From: the human T2T-CHM13v2.0 reference genome, Homo sapiens | NCBI RefSeq assembly: GCF_009914755.1 | Contig: NC_060940.1 | Strand: one strand, 5' to 3' | DNA length: 64,000 bases | Part shown: one piece after another, positions 13,100-27,585 of the stretch | How the letters are laid out: each line of letters begins with the position of its first letter | Position numbering within the stretch: the stretch's first letter is position 1 | Made by a program: the position numbers and the translations under genes | Notes under the pieces: generated by a model | Seen by the model: the letters and a program-made list of their open reading frames with translations, nothing else | Told to the model about the DNA's origin: nothing | Databases searched by the model: none

Positions 13100-16000
13100 G
13101 AGTCTATTTATGTATTATATTCGTGTCCACTTCATGATTCCATTCAATTCCATTTAATGTTGATTCCATTTGATTCCATTTGATGATTCAGTTCGATTCC
13201 TTGCAATGATTCCCTACGATTCCTTTCTATGATGATTCCATTCGATTCCATTCATTGATGATTTCATTCGACTCCATTCGATGATGATTCCTTTCGATTC
13301 CATTTGACGATGTTTCCTTTCGAGTCCATTTGATGATGATTCTATTGAATTCTGTTCTATTATGATTCCATTCGATTTCATTCAATGCTTCTATTTGATT
13401 CCATTCGATGATGATTCCATCTCTTTCCCTTCGATGATTCCATTTGATTCCATTCAGTGATGATTCCATTTGATTCCATCTGATGATGATTTCACTTGAT
13501 TCCTTTCAATGATGATTCAATTCAAGTCCATTCGATGATTCCATTGGAGTCCAAACCATCATTCCGTTCGATTCCATTCAATGGTGATTCCATTCATGTC
13601 CATTCGATGAATCCATTCAATTCCATTCGATGATGACTCCATTCGAGTACATTCGATGATTCCATTTGATTCCATTGGAAGATGATTCCATTCAATTCCA
13701 TTCGAAGATGATTCCATTCAATTCCATTCGATGATGATTCCGTATGAATCCATTCTCTGATTATTCCATTCGATTCCATTCATTGACGATTCCATTCAAT
13801 TCCATTCAATGATGATTCTCTTCTATTCCATTCGATGATTCCGGTCGATTCCATTCGATGATGATTCCATTAGATTCCATTCGATTGTTGCATTCGATTC
13901 CCTTCGATGATGATTCCTTTGAATTCCATTCGATTATCATTCCGTATGAATCCATTTGATGATTATTCCATTGGATTCCTTTCGATGATGATTCCATTCG
14001 ATTCCATTTGATGATGTTTCTCTTGTATTCCATTGGATAATTCCTTTCAGTTCCCTTCGATGATTATTCTTTCGAGTCAATTCGATGATTCTATTCCATT
14101 CCCTTCGATGATGATTCCATTTCACTCCATTTGATGATTCCATTCGACTCAATTTGGTGATGATTCAATTCGATGACATTCGATGACTCCATTCAATTTC
14201 ATTTGATGATGATTACATTCGAGTCCATTTGATGATTGTATTCCTTTCCTTTTGATGATTATTCCATTCGTGTCTATTCAAAGATTCCATTCTATTCCAT
14301 TCAATGATGATTGCATTTGATTCCATTCAATGATTATGGCTATCGATTCCACTCGTTGATTCCATTTGATTCCGTTCGATGATTATTCCGTTAGATTCCA
14401 TTAGAAGATTCCATTCGATTTTATTCAATGATTCCAATGGATTCCATTCAATGATGATTCCATTCGACTCCATTCAGTGATTCCATTCGAGTCCGTTTGA
14501 TGATTCCATTCTTTTCCATTTGATGATGATTCCATTAGGGTCCATTCAATGATTCCATTCGAGTCCATTCGTTAATGCCTTTCGAGTCCTTTTGATCACT
14601 ACATTCGAGTCCATTCAATGATTCTATTCGATTCCATTCCATGATGATTCCATTCGAGTTCATTCGATGATTGCATTCGAGTCCATTTGATGATTCCATA
14701 TGATTCCATTCGACAATGATTCCATTCGTGTCCATTTGATGATTCCATTCATTTCCTATCGATGAAGATTCCATTCGAGTGTATTCGATGATTCCATTCA
14801 AATCCATTCGATGATGGTTCCATTCCAGTCCATTCGATCATTCCACTTGATTCCATTTGATGACTATTCCATTCAAATCCATTTGATGATTCCATTCGAT
14901 TCCATTCGATGTTACCATTCCAGTATATACGATGATTCCACTCGATTCCATTTGATGATTATTCCATTGGAGTCGACTTAGTGAATCCTTTAGATTCTAC
15001 TCGAAGATGATTCCATTCGAGTCCATTCGATGATACCATTCAATTCCATTCGTTGATGCTTCCATTCAAGTGCATTCGATGATATCATTCGATTCCATTT
15101 GATGATAATTCCATTTGATTCCATGTGATGATTCTATTCCATTCCATTCAATGATAATTCCATTCAATTCAGTGATTCCTCTGGACTCCATTTGATGATG
15201 ATTCCATTCAATGATTCCATTCGATTCTATTCGAAAATGATTCCATTTGAATCCATTTGATGATGATTCCATTGGATTCCATTTGATGATTCCATTCGAT
15301 TCCATTCGACGATGATTCCATTCGATTCCATTTGATGATTCCATTCTATTCTATTCGATGATGATTCCATTCGATTCCATTCGATGATGATTGGATTCGA
15401 TTCCATTTGATGATTTCATTTGATTCCATTCGGTGATGATTTCGATCAACTCCATTCGATGATTCCATTCGATTCCATTTGATAATGATTACATCCGAGT
15501 CCATTCGATGATTCCATTTGAGCCCGTTCGATAATTCCATTTGAGTCCAATCAATGATTCCATTCATTTCCATTCAATGATTCCATTCGAGTCCATTTGA
15601 TCATTCCGGTAGGGTCCGTTCGATGTTGATTCCATTGGAGTGCATTCGATGATTCCATTCGAGTCCATTTTAGGATTTGATTCGAGTCCTTTCGATGATT
15701 CCATTCGATTCCACTCGATGCGATGATGATTTCATTCGAGTCCATTCGACACTTCCAATCGATTCCATTTGATGTTTCCATTCGAGTCCAATTGATGATT
15801 CCATTCAATTCCATTCGATGATGATTCCGTACGATTCCATTCTGTGATGATTCCATGTGATTGCATTCAATGATGATTCCTTTCGATTGCATTCGATTAT
15901 GATTCATTTCGTGTTCATTCTATGGTTCCACAGGTTTCACATCGTGTCCATTCCATTATTCCATTCTATTCCATTTGATGATGATTCCATTCGATTCCAT

Positions 16001-16336
16001 TCATTGGTGATTCCACTCAATTCCATTCAATGATTCCATTCCATTTCTTTCAACAATGATTCCATTAGTTTCTAATCGATGATCCACTTGATTCCATTTG
16101 ACGGTGATTCCATTCTTGTCCATTCGATGATTCCATTTGATTCCATATGATGATGATTCCATTCGATTCCATACGATGATGATTCCATTCGAGTCCATTC
16201 AATGGTGATTCCATTCAATTCCATTCGGTGATTCCTTTCGATTCCATTTGATGATGATGGCATTCGATTCCTTTCAATCATTCCCTTTGATTCCACTCAA
16301 AGGTGATTTCATTCAAGTCCATTCGATAATTGCATT
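13100..16336 (+). repeat. Partial 12.7-kb unit (last ~3.2 kb)
   Basis: Matches ~25728-28991 at offsets +12628/+12632/+12655 (ORF markers 13594/26226, 14535/27190, 16001/28656). Confidence 0.9.
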
Positions 16337-19300
16337 CGATTCCATTCTATGATGATTCCATTCGAGTCCATTTGATGATTCCATTCAATTCAAGTCAATG
16401 ATGATTCCATTCGATTCCATTCGATGATTCCATTGGATTCCATTCGATGATGATTCCATTCAAATCCATTCGATAATTCAATTCACGTCCATTCGATGAT
16501 GATTCCAATCGAATCCATTCAAAGATTCCATTCAATTCCATTCGATGATTCCCTTAGATTCCATTCGATGATTCCACTTGATTCCATTTACGATGATTCC
16601 ATTCGATTCCATGTGATGATTCCATTCAATTCTATTCAATGATGTTTCCATTTGATTCCATTCGACCATGATAGCCTTTGATTCCATTCAATGATTCCAT
16701 TCGGTTCCGTTTGATGATGATTCCGTTCGATTCCATTTGATGATTCCATTTGATTCCATTGGATGAGTCCATTCGATTACATTCGATGATTTTTCCATTC
16801 GAGTGCATTAGATGATTCCATTCGAGTCCATTGGATGATTCCATTCGATTCCATTCGATGATTCCATTCGATTCCATTCGATGTTGATTCTGTTCAAATC
16901 CATTCGATGATTCCACTCGATTCCATTCGATGACTCCATTTGATCCCATTCTATGATTTCCTTAGATTCCCTTTGATGATCATTCCATTTGATTCAATTC
17001 GGTGATTTCATTTGATTCCATTCAGTGATGTTTCCATTCGACTCCATTCGATGATGATTCCATTCGACTACATTCGATTATGATTTCATTCAATTCCATT
17101 CGATAAAGATTCCCTTCGAGTCCAATCGATGATTCCATTCGATTCCATTCAACGATGATTTGATTCGTGTCCATTCGATGATTCCATTTGATTCCACTTG
17201 ATGAGGATTCCATTCGAGTCCATTTGATGATTCCATTCAATTCCATTCTCCGATGATTTCTTTTGAGCCCATTCAATGCTTCCACTCGATTACATATGAT
17301 GATGACTCCATTCGATGAAACTCGATGATGATTCCATTCGCTTGCATTCGATGATGATTCCACTTGAGTCCGTTAGAAGATTCTATTCAATTACATTCCA
17401 TGACGATTCCGTTCGAGTCCATTTGATGATTCCATTACACTCCATTCTACAATGATTCCATTCAATGTTATTCGATGATTCCATTCGATCTCATTCGATG
17501 ATGATTCCATTCAACTCCATTCGATGTTTCCATTCGAGTTCATTCTATTATTCCATTAGATTCCATTCGATGATGATTCCATTCGATTCCATTTGATGAT
17601 TGCATTCTATTTCATTTGATGATGATTCCATTCGAGTCCATTCGATGATTCCATTCGAGTCCATTTAATGAATCCATTGGTTTCAATTCTATGATGATTA
17701 TATTGGATTCCATTCGTTGATGATTTCATTCGATTCCATTCAATGATGATTCCATTCAATTCCATTCAATGATTCCATTCAATTCCATACGATGATGATT
17801 CCATTTGATTTGATTCGACAGTGAGCCATTCGATTCAATTCCATGATGATTCTATTTGATTCACTTGGTTGACATTTCCATTCGGTTCCATTCGATGATG
17901 ATTCCATTTGATTCCATTCAAAGATGATTCCATTCTAGCCCATTCAATCATTCCATTCGATTCTATTCAATGATGATTCCATTCATGTCGATTTGGTGAT
18001 TCCATTTGACTTCATTTGATGATGATTCCTTTCAAGATCATTAGATGATTCCATTCGATTCCATTTGATGATGATCCCATTCGAGTCCATTCAGTGATTC
18101 CACTCGTTTCCATTCCATGATGATTCCATTCCATTCCATTCAATGATTCCATTCGATTCCGTTTGATGATGATTTCATTCGAGTCCATTTGATGATTCCA
18201 TTTGATTCCATTCGATGATGATTCCATTCGAGTCCATTCGATGATTCTATTCGAATCCATTTGATGATTTCTTTTGATTATATTTGGTGATGATTCCATT
18301 GGAGTCCATTCAATGATTCCATTCGATTCCAATCGATGATGATTCCATTAGAGTCCATTTAATGATTCCATTTGATTCCAGTCTCTGATGTTTACATTCG
18401 AGTCCATACGATGATTCCACTCAATTCCATATGATGATGATTCCATTCGATTCCATTCGATGATTCCATTCTATTCTATTCAATGGTGATTCCATTCGAG
18501 TACATTAGATGATTCCATTCGATTCCATTCAATGATGATTCTACTTGTGTCCCTTAGATGATTCCACATGATTCCATTAGATGATGATACTATTTGAGCC
18601 CATCCAATGATTCCCTTCGATGAGGATTCCATTCGATTCAATTCATTGGTGATTCTATTCAATTCAATTCTTTGATTCAATTCCATTCCATTCGACAATG
18701 ATTCCATTCGATTTCTTTCGATGATTCCACTCAATTTCACTTGACATTGATTCCATTCGATTCCATTCAATGATTCCATTTGATTCCAGTGGATGATGAT
18801 TGCCGTCGATTCCATTCGATCACTCCATTCTGTTCCATTTGATGATGATTACATTCGATTCCATTTGATGATTCCATCTGATTCTATTCGAGGATTCCAT
18901 TTGATTCCATTCGATGATGATTCCATTCGAGTCCATTCGATGGTTTCATTCGAGTACATCCAATGATTCCATTCGAGTCCATTTGATGATTCCATTTCAT
19001 TCCATTTGATTATGATTCTACTAGAGTCCATTCAATGACTCCATTCGAGTCCATTCAACAGTTCCATCCGAGTCCATTCGATGATTCCATTCGATTCCAT
19101 TTGATGATTCCATTCGAGTCCATTTAATCATTACAGTCGAGTCCATTTGGTGATTCCACTGGATTTCTTTTGATAATGATACCATTCAATTACATTTGAT
19201 GATGATCCCATTCAATTTCATTTGATGATGATTCCATTAGAGTCCATTCCATGATTTCATTCGAGTCCCTTCATTGATTCCATCCGATTTCATTTCATGA

Positions 19301-20020
19301 TGACTCCATTCGAGTCCATTCGATGATTCCACTCGATTCCTTTAGATGATTCCATTGGAGTCCATTTGATTGTTCCATTCGATTCCATTCGATTCCTTTC
19401 GAAGATTATTCCATTTGAGTCCATTCGATGATGATTCCATTCCATTCCATTCGATGATTCCGTTTGATTCCATTCGATGATTCCCTGCGATTCCTTTCTA
19501 TGATGATTCCATTCCATTCCATTCAATGATTCCATTCGAATGTATTCCATGATGATTCCTTTCGATTCCATTCGCTGATGTTTCCGTTCAATTCCATTCG
19601 ATGATGATTCCATTCGATTCCATTCATTGAGGATTCCATTGGATTCCATTCAATGATGATTCCATTCTATTCCATTCAATGATTGCATTCAATTCCATTC
19701 AATGATTATGCCATTAGAGTAAATTCAACGATTCCATTCAATACCATTCGATGATGATTCCTTTTGAGTCCATTCAATGATTTCATTCAAGTCCATTTGA
19801 TGATTCCTTTCAATTCCATTCCATGATGATTCCATTCGAGTCCATTCGATGATTCCATTCGATTGCATTCGATGATTCCATTATATTCCATTCAACGATG
19901 ATTCCATTCGAGTCCATTCGATGATTCCATTAGAGTACATTTAATGATTGCTTTGTTTTCAATTCGAAGATGATTACATTGGATTCCATTCTATGATTCC
20001 ATTCGATTGCATTCATTGAT

Positions 20021-20778
20021 GATTCCACCCAATTCCATTCGATGATGATTCCATTCGATTTCAATGATTCTACTCGATTCCATTCAATGATGATTCAATT
20101 CTATTCCGTTTGATGATTCCATTAGATTCCATTCTATGATGATTCCATTCGAGTCCATTCGAAGATTTCATTCGATTACATTCCATGACGATTCCATTCG
20201 AGTCCATTCGATGATTCCATTTGAATCCATTCGACGATGATTCCATTTGATGCTATTCGATGATTCCATTGGATTCCATTCGATGATGATTCCATTCGAC
20301 TTGATTTGATGTTTCTATTTGAGTCCATTCGGTTATTTTATTAGACTACATTCGATGATGATTCCATTCGATGCCATTCAATGATTCCATTTGATTCCAC
20401 TCAATGATGATTGCATTCGTGTCCATTCGATGATTCCATTTGGTTCCATTTGATGATGATTCCATTCGAGTCCATTCGATGATACCATTCAATTCCATTC
20501 GATGATCATTCCATTCGAATCCATTTGATGATTCCACTCAATTCCATTTGATGACTCCTTTCATTCCCATTCGATGATTCCCTTCAGTTCCAATTGGATG
20601 ATCTTTCCATTTGATTCAATATGGTGACTCCATTCTATTATATTCAATGATGATTCCATTCGACTCCATTAGATGATGACTCCATTCCATTCCATTCGAT
20701 TGTGATTTCATTCGATTCCATTCGAAGATGATTCCATTCGAGTCCATTTGATGATTCCATTCGATTCCATTCAATGAT
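20021..20778 (+). repeat. Extra block A (758 bp) specific to the 12.7-kb unit
   Basis: Both 20021 and 20779 align to 6.1-kb offset 3672 (gattccac...). Alignment offset jumps from 16349 to 17107. Confidence 0.85.
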
Positions 20779-20847
20779 GATTCCACTCAAATCCATTGGA
20801 TGATTCCATTCGTTTCCAATTGGTGATTTCATTAGATTCCATTCGAG

Positions 20848-22860
20848 GATGATTCTATTCGAGTCCATTCAATGATTCCATTGGATTCCGTTTGATAATG
20901 ATTCCATTAGAGTTCATTCGATGATTCCCTTCGAGTCCATTCGATTATTTCTTTTGATTCCATTTGATGATGATTCCATTCGATTCCATTCAATGATTCC
21001 ATTCCATTCCATTCGATGATGATTCCATTCGATAATGATTACATTCGAGCCCATGTGATGATTCCATTAGATTCTATTCAATGATGATTCCATTCGACCA
21101 CATTCGATGATGGCATTCGAGTCCATTCGATGATTTCACTCGATTCCACTTGATGATGATTCCTTTTGAGTCCATTTGATGATTACATTCGAGTCCATGA
21201 GATGACTCCATTCGATTCCATTTCATGATGATGCAATTCGAGGCTATTCGATCATCCCATTTTAGTGCATTCGGTGATTCTCTTTTATTACATTCGATGA
21301 GGGCTCCATTCGAGTCCATTCAATGATTCCATTAGATTCCACTCGATGATGATTCCATTTGAGTCCATTCAAAGATTCCTTTCGAGTCCATTCGATAATT
21401 CTATTGGATTCCACTAGGTGATGATTCCTTTCGAGTCAATTCGATGATTCCTTTCAAGTGCCTTCAATGATTCCATTCGATTCCATTCGATGACGATTCA
21501 TTTCAAGTCCATTCAATGGTTCCATTCTGTTGAATTTGATGGTTCCATTTGATTCCATTCGATGATGATTCCATTCGTGTCCATTGGATGATTCCATTCG
21601 ATTCCTTTCGAGGAAGATTCCATTCGACTCCATTCGATGATTCCGTTCGATTCCATTCCATGATGATTCCATTTGATTCCATTCCATGATTCCATTCGAT
21701 ACCATTCGATGATGATTCCATTCGACTCCATTTGATGAATCCATTCAATGCTTCCATTCGAGTCCATTCGATGATTCCATTCGATTCCATTCCATGAAGA
21801 TTCCATTCGAGTACATTTGATGATTCCATTTAATTCCATAGGATGATGATTCTATTAGGGTCCGTTGACTATTCCATTCAATTCCATTCGAAGATTCCAT
21901 TCGAGTCCACTCGATGATTCTATTTGATTCCATTTGATAATTCCATTCGATTCCATTTGATGTTGATTCCATTCGAGTCCATTCGATCATTATTACATTT
22001 GATTCTATTCGATGATTCCATTCGATTCCATTTGATGAGGATTCCATTCGAGACCATTTGATGATTCCATTCAATTCCATTGGATGATTCCAATATTTTC
22101 CATTAGATGATGATTCCATTCGATTCCATTCAATGATGATTCCATCAGAATCCATTCGATGATGACTCCTTTTGCTTCCATTCAATGATCATTACATTCG
22201 GTTCCATTCGATGATGATTCCTTTGGATTCCATTCGATGATGCTTCCATTCGATTCCATTTGATGATGATTCTTTTCGATTCCATTTGATGATGATTCCA
22301 TTTGATTCCATTCGATGGTGATTCCATTTGATGATTCCATTCGATTGTATTCGATGATGATTCCACTCGATTCTATTTGATGATGACTGCATTCGATTCC
22401 ATTTGATGATTCCATTTGATTCCATTCGATGATGATTCTGATCAATTGCATTCGATGATCCATTCGATTCCATTTGATGGTTCCATTTGATTCCATTTGA
22501 TAATGATTCCTTTCGAGTCCATTCGATGATTCCATTTGCGGATATTCGATAATTCCATTTGAGTCCAACCGATGATTCCATTCGAGGCCATTCAATCATT
22601 CTTTTTGAGTCCTTTCGATAAAGATTCCATTTTAGTCCATTCAATAATTCCACTGGAGTCCATTCGATGATTGCTTTTAATTCCATTCGATGATATTCCA
22701 TTCGAGTCCATTCGATGATTCCATTCGTTGCTATTAGATGATGATTCCATTCATGACCATTTGGTGATTCCATTCGATTTCATTCGTTGATGATTCCATT
22801 CGAGTCCATTCCATGATTCCATTCAAGTCCATTTGATGATTTCTTTGAATTCAATTCGAT
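20848..22860 (+). repeat. Extra block B (2013 bp) specific to the 12.7-kb unit
   Basis: Both 20848 and 22861 align to 6.1-kb offset 3741. Alignment offset jumps from 17107 to 19120. Confidence 0.85.
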
Positions 22861-23662
22861 GATGATTCCATTCGAGTCCATTCGATGATTCCATTCAGTT
22901 CCATTCGATGATGATTCCTTTCGAGACCATATGATGATTCCATTTGATTTCATTCGATGATGATTCCATTCGATTCCATTCGATGATTCCATTCTATTCC
23001 ATTCGATGATGATTCCATTCGAGTCCATTTAATGATTCCATTGGGTTCAATTCAATGATGATTACATTGGATTCTCTTCTATGATACCATTCAATTCCGT
23101 TCATTGACAATTTGATTCCATTCGATGATGATTCCATTTGAGTTCATTCGATGATTCTATTCGATTCTCTTCGATGGTGATTCAATTCTATTATATTGGA
23201 TGATTCCATTCGATTCCATTTGATGTTGATTCAATTCGATTCTATTCGATGATGATTCCATTGGATTTCATTTGATGATTCTATTCGATTCCATTCAATG
23301 ATGATTCACTTCTCGTCCATTGGATGATTCCATTTCATTCCATTCGATGATGATTCCATTCGATTCCATTCGATGATTCCATTTGATTCCATTCGACGGT
23401 GAGCAATTCGATTCAATTCCATGATGATTCTATTTGATTCAGTTAGATGATGTTTCCATTCGAATCCATTCCATGATTATTCCATTGGAATCCATTCGGC
23501 GATGATTCCATATGAGTCAATTCAATGATGCTTCCATATGGGTCAGTTCGATGATAATTCCATTTGATTTCATTCGATGCTTCTATTCAATTCCAGTCGA
23601 TGATGATTCCGTTGGAGTCCATACGATGACTCCATTTGATTTCATTTGATGATGATTCCATT

Positions 23663-23767
23663 CGATTCCATTCGATGACTCCATTCTGTTCCATTCGATG
23701 ATGATTCCATTCGAGTCCATTCGATGATTCCATTCGAGTCCATTTCATGATTCCATTGGGTTCAATT
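23663..23767 (+). repeat. Extra block C (105 bp) specific to the 12.7-kb unit
   Basis: Alignment offset jumps from 19097 to 19202 at 6.1-kb offset ~4566. Confidence 0.82.
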
Positions 23768-23913
23768 CGATGATGATTACACTGGATTCCATTCTATGAT
23801 TCCATTCAATTCCATTCGTTGATGATTCGATTCCATTCAATGATGATTCCATTTGAGTTCATTCGATGATTCTATTCGATTCCGTTCGATGGTGATTCAA
23901 TTCTATTATATTG

Positions 23914-26900
23914 GATGATTCCATTCGATTCCATTTGATGATGATTCCATTCGATTCCATTCGATGATGATTCCATTTGATTCCATTTGATGTTGATTCT
24001 ATTCGATTCTATTCAATGATGATTCCATTCGATTTCATTTGATGATTCTATTCGATTCCTTTCGATGATTCTATTCCATTCCATTCGATGATGATTCAAT
24101 TCTCTTCCATTGGATGATTCCATTTTATTCCATTCGACGATGACTCCATTTGATTCCATTCAATGATGATTCCATTCGATTCCATTCGGTGATTCCATTT
24201 GATTCCATTCGACGGTGAGCAATTTGATTCAATTCCATAATGATTCTATTTGATTCAATTAGATGATGTTTCCATTCGAATCCATTCGGTGATGATTCCA
24301 TTGGTATCCATTCGACGATGATTCCATATGAGTCAATTCGATGATGATTCCATACGAGTCCGTTGGATGATAATTCCATTTGATTTCATTCAATCCTTCT
24401 ATTCGATTCCATTTGATGATGATTCCATCTGAATCCATTCTCCGATTCCATTCGATTTCATTCGATGCTTCTATTTGATTTCATTCGAAGATGATTCCTT
24501 TCAATTCCGTTCATTAATTCCATTTGATTCCATTCGATGATGATTCCATCCGATTCCATTGGATGATGATTCCATTCGAGTCCATTCGATGATTCCGTTC
24601 TAATCCATTCTATGATTCCATTCGAGTCCATTCGATGATTCCATTCGATTCCATTCAGTGATGATTCCATTTGATTCCATCTGATGATGATTTCATTTGA
24701 TTCCATTCGATGATGATTCCATTGGAGTCCATTGAATGATTCAATTCAATTCCATTCCATGTGGATTCCATTCGAATTCATTCGATTATTCCATTCAAAT
24801 CCCTTCGTTGATTCCATCTGATTCCACTTGACGATGATTCCATTCAAGTCCAATCGATGATTCCATTCGGTTCCATTCAATGATTCCATTCGAGTCCATT
24901 TATGTATTATATTCGTGTCCACTTGATGACTCCATTCAATTCCATTTAATGATGATTCCATTTGATTCCATTTGATGATTCAGTTCGATTCCTTACAATG
25001 ATTCCCTACGATTCCTTTCTATGATGATTCCATTCGATTCCATTCATTGATGATTCCATTCGACTCCATTCAATGATGATTCCTTTCGATTCCATTTGAC
25101 GATGTTTCCATTTGAGTCCATTCGATGATGATTCCATTGGTATCCATTCGACGATGATTCCATATGAGTCAATTCGATGATGATTCCATACGAGTCCGTT
25201 GGATGATAATTCCATTTGATTTCATTCAATCCTTCTATTCGATTCCATTTGATGATGATTCCATCTGAATCCATTCTCCGATTCCATTCGATTTCATTCG
25301 ATGCTTCTATTTGATTTCATTCGAAGATGATTCCTTTCAATTCCATTCATTAATTCCATTTGATTCCATTCGATGATGATTCCATCCGATTCCATTGGAT
25401 GATGATTCCACTCGAGTCCATTCGATGATTCCGTTCTAATCCATTCTATGATTCCATTCGAGTCCATTCGATGATTCCATTCGATTCCATTCAGTGATGA
25501 TTCCATTTGATTCCATCTGATGATGATTTCATTTGATTCCATTCGATGATGATTCCATTGGAGTCCATTGAATGATTCAATTCAATTCCATTCCATGTGG
25601 ATTCCATTCGAATTCATTCGATTATTCCATTCAAATCCCTTCGTTGATTCCATCTGATTCCACTTGACGATGATTCCATTCAAGTCCAATCGATGATTCC
25701 ATTCGGTTCCATTCAATGATTCCATTCGAGTCCATTTATGTATTATATTCGTGTCCACTTGATGACTCACTCCATTCAATTCCATTTAATGATGATTCCA
25801 TTTGATTCCATTTGATGATTCAGTTCGATTCCTTACAATGATTCCCTACGATTCCTTTCTATGATGATTCCATTCGATTCCATTCATTGATGATTCCATT
25901 CGACTCCATTCAATGATGATTCCTTTCGATTCCATTTGACGATGTTTCCATTTGAGTCCATTCGATGATGATTCAATTCAGTTCTGTTCTATTATGAATC
26001 CATTCGATTTCATTCAATGCTTCTATTTGATTCCATTCGACGATGATTCCATCTCTTTCCCTTCGATGATTCCATTTGATTCCATTCAGTGATGATTCCA
26101 TTTGATTCCATCTGATGATGATTTCACTTGATTCATTTCAATGATGATTCCATTCAAGTCCATTCGATGATTCCATTGGAGTCCAAACGATCATTCCATT
26201 CGATTCCATTCAATGATGATTCCATTCATGTCCATTCAATGAATCCTTTCAATTCCATTCGATGATGACTCCATTCGAGTACATTCGATGATTCCATTTG
26301 ATTCCATCTGATGATGATTACATTCAATTCCATTCGAAGATGATTCCATTCAATTCCACTTGATGATGATTCCGTATGAATCCATTCGCTGATTATTCCA
26401 TTCGATTCCATTCATTGACGATTCCATTCGATTCCATTCAATGATGATTCTCTTCTATTGCATTCGATGATTCCGTTCGATTCCATTCGATGATGATTCC
26501 ATTAGATTCCATTCGATTGTTGCATTCGATTCCCTTCGATGATGATTCCTTTGAATTCCATTCGATTATGATTCCGTATGAATCCATTTGATGATTATTC
26601 CATTGGATTCCTTTCGATGATGATTCCATTCGATTCCATTTGATGATGTTTCTCATGTATTCCATTTGATAATTCCTTTCAATTCCCTTCGATGATGATT
26701 CTTTCGAGTCAATTCGATGATTCTATTCCATTCCCTTCGATGATGATTCCATTTCACTCCATTCGATGATTCCATTCGATTCAATTTGGTGATGATTCAA
26801 TTCGATGACATTCGATGACTCCATTCAATTTCATTTGATGATGATTACATTCGAGTCCATTTGATGATTGTATTCCTTTCCTTTTGATGATTATTCCATT

Positions 26901-27585
26901 CGTGTCTATTCAAAGATTCCATTCTATTCCATTCAATGATGATTCCAATTGATTCCATTCAATGATTATGGCTATCGATTCCACTCGTTGATTCCATTTG
27001 ATTCCATTCGATGATTATTCCGTTAGATTCCATTAGGAGATTCCATTCGATTTTATTCAATGATTCCAATTGATTCCATTCAATGATGATTCCATTCGAC
27101 TCCATTCAGTGATTCCATTTGAGTCCATTTGATGATTCCATTCGAGTCCATTTGATGATTCCATTCTTTTCCATTTGATGATGATTCCATTAGGGTCCAT
27201 TCAATGATTCCATTCGAGTCCATTCGTTAATGCCTTTCGAGTCCTTTTGATCACTACATTCGAGTCCATTCAATGATTCTATTCGATTCCATTCCATGAT
27301 GATTCCATTCGAGTTCATTCGATGATTGCATTCGAGTCCATTTGATGATTCCATAAGATTCCATTCGACAATGATTCCATTCGTGTCCATTTGATGATTC
27401 CATTCATTTCCTATCGATGAAGATTCCATTCGAGTGTATTCGATGATTCCATTCAAATCCATTCGATGATGATTCCATTCCAGTCCATTCGATCATTCCA
27501 CTTGATTCCATTTGATGACTATTCCATTCAAATCCATTTGATGATTCCATTCGATTCCATTCGATGTTACCATTCGAGTATATAC
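23914..27585 (+). repeat. Extra block D (3672 bp) specific to the 12.7-kb unit
   Basis: Both 23914 and 27586 align to 6.1-kb offset 4712 (gatgattcca.tcgattccatttgatgat). Alignment offset jumps from 19202 to 22874. Confidence 0.85.
24291..25966 (+). repeat. Nested near-perfect tandem duplication, 836 + 840 bp
   Basis: ttggtatcc at 24301 and 25137. ORF markers 24458/25294 and 24746/25582. The second copy carries a 4-bp insertion (gactcactcc) near 25766. Confidence 0.9.

Noticed and set aside
22192-22773. Longest ORF (193 aa), repeated at 34857 and 47526
   Set aside because: Its recurrence reflects recent tandem duplication, not selection. Its composition is the same as the surrounding satellite.
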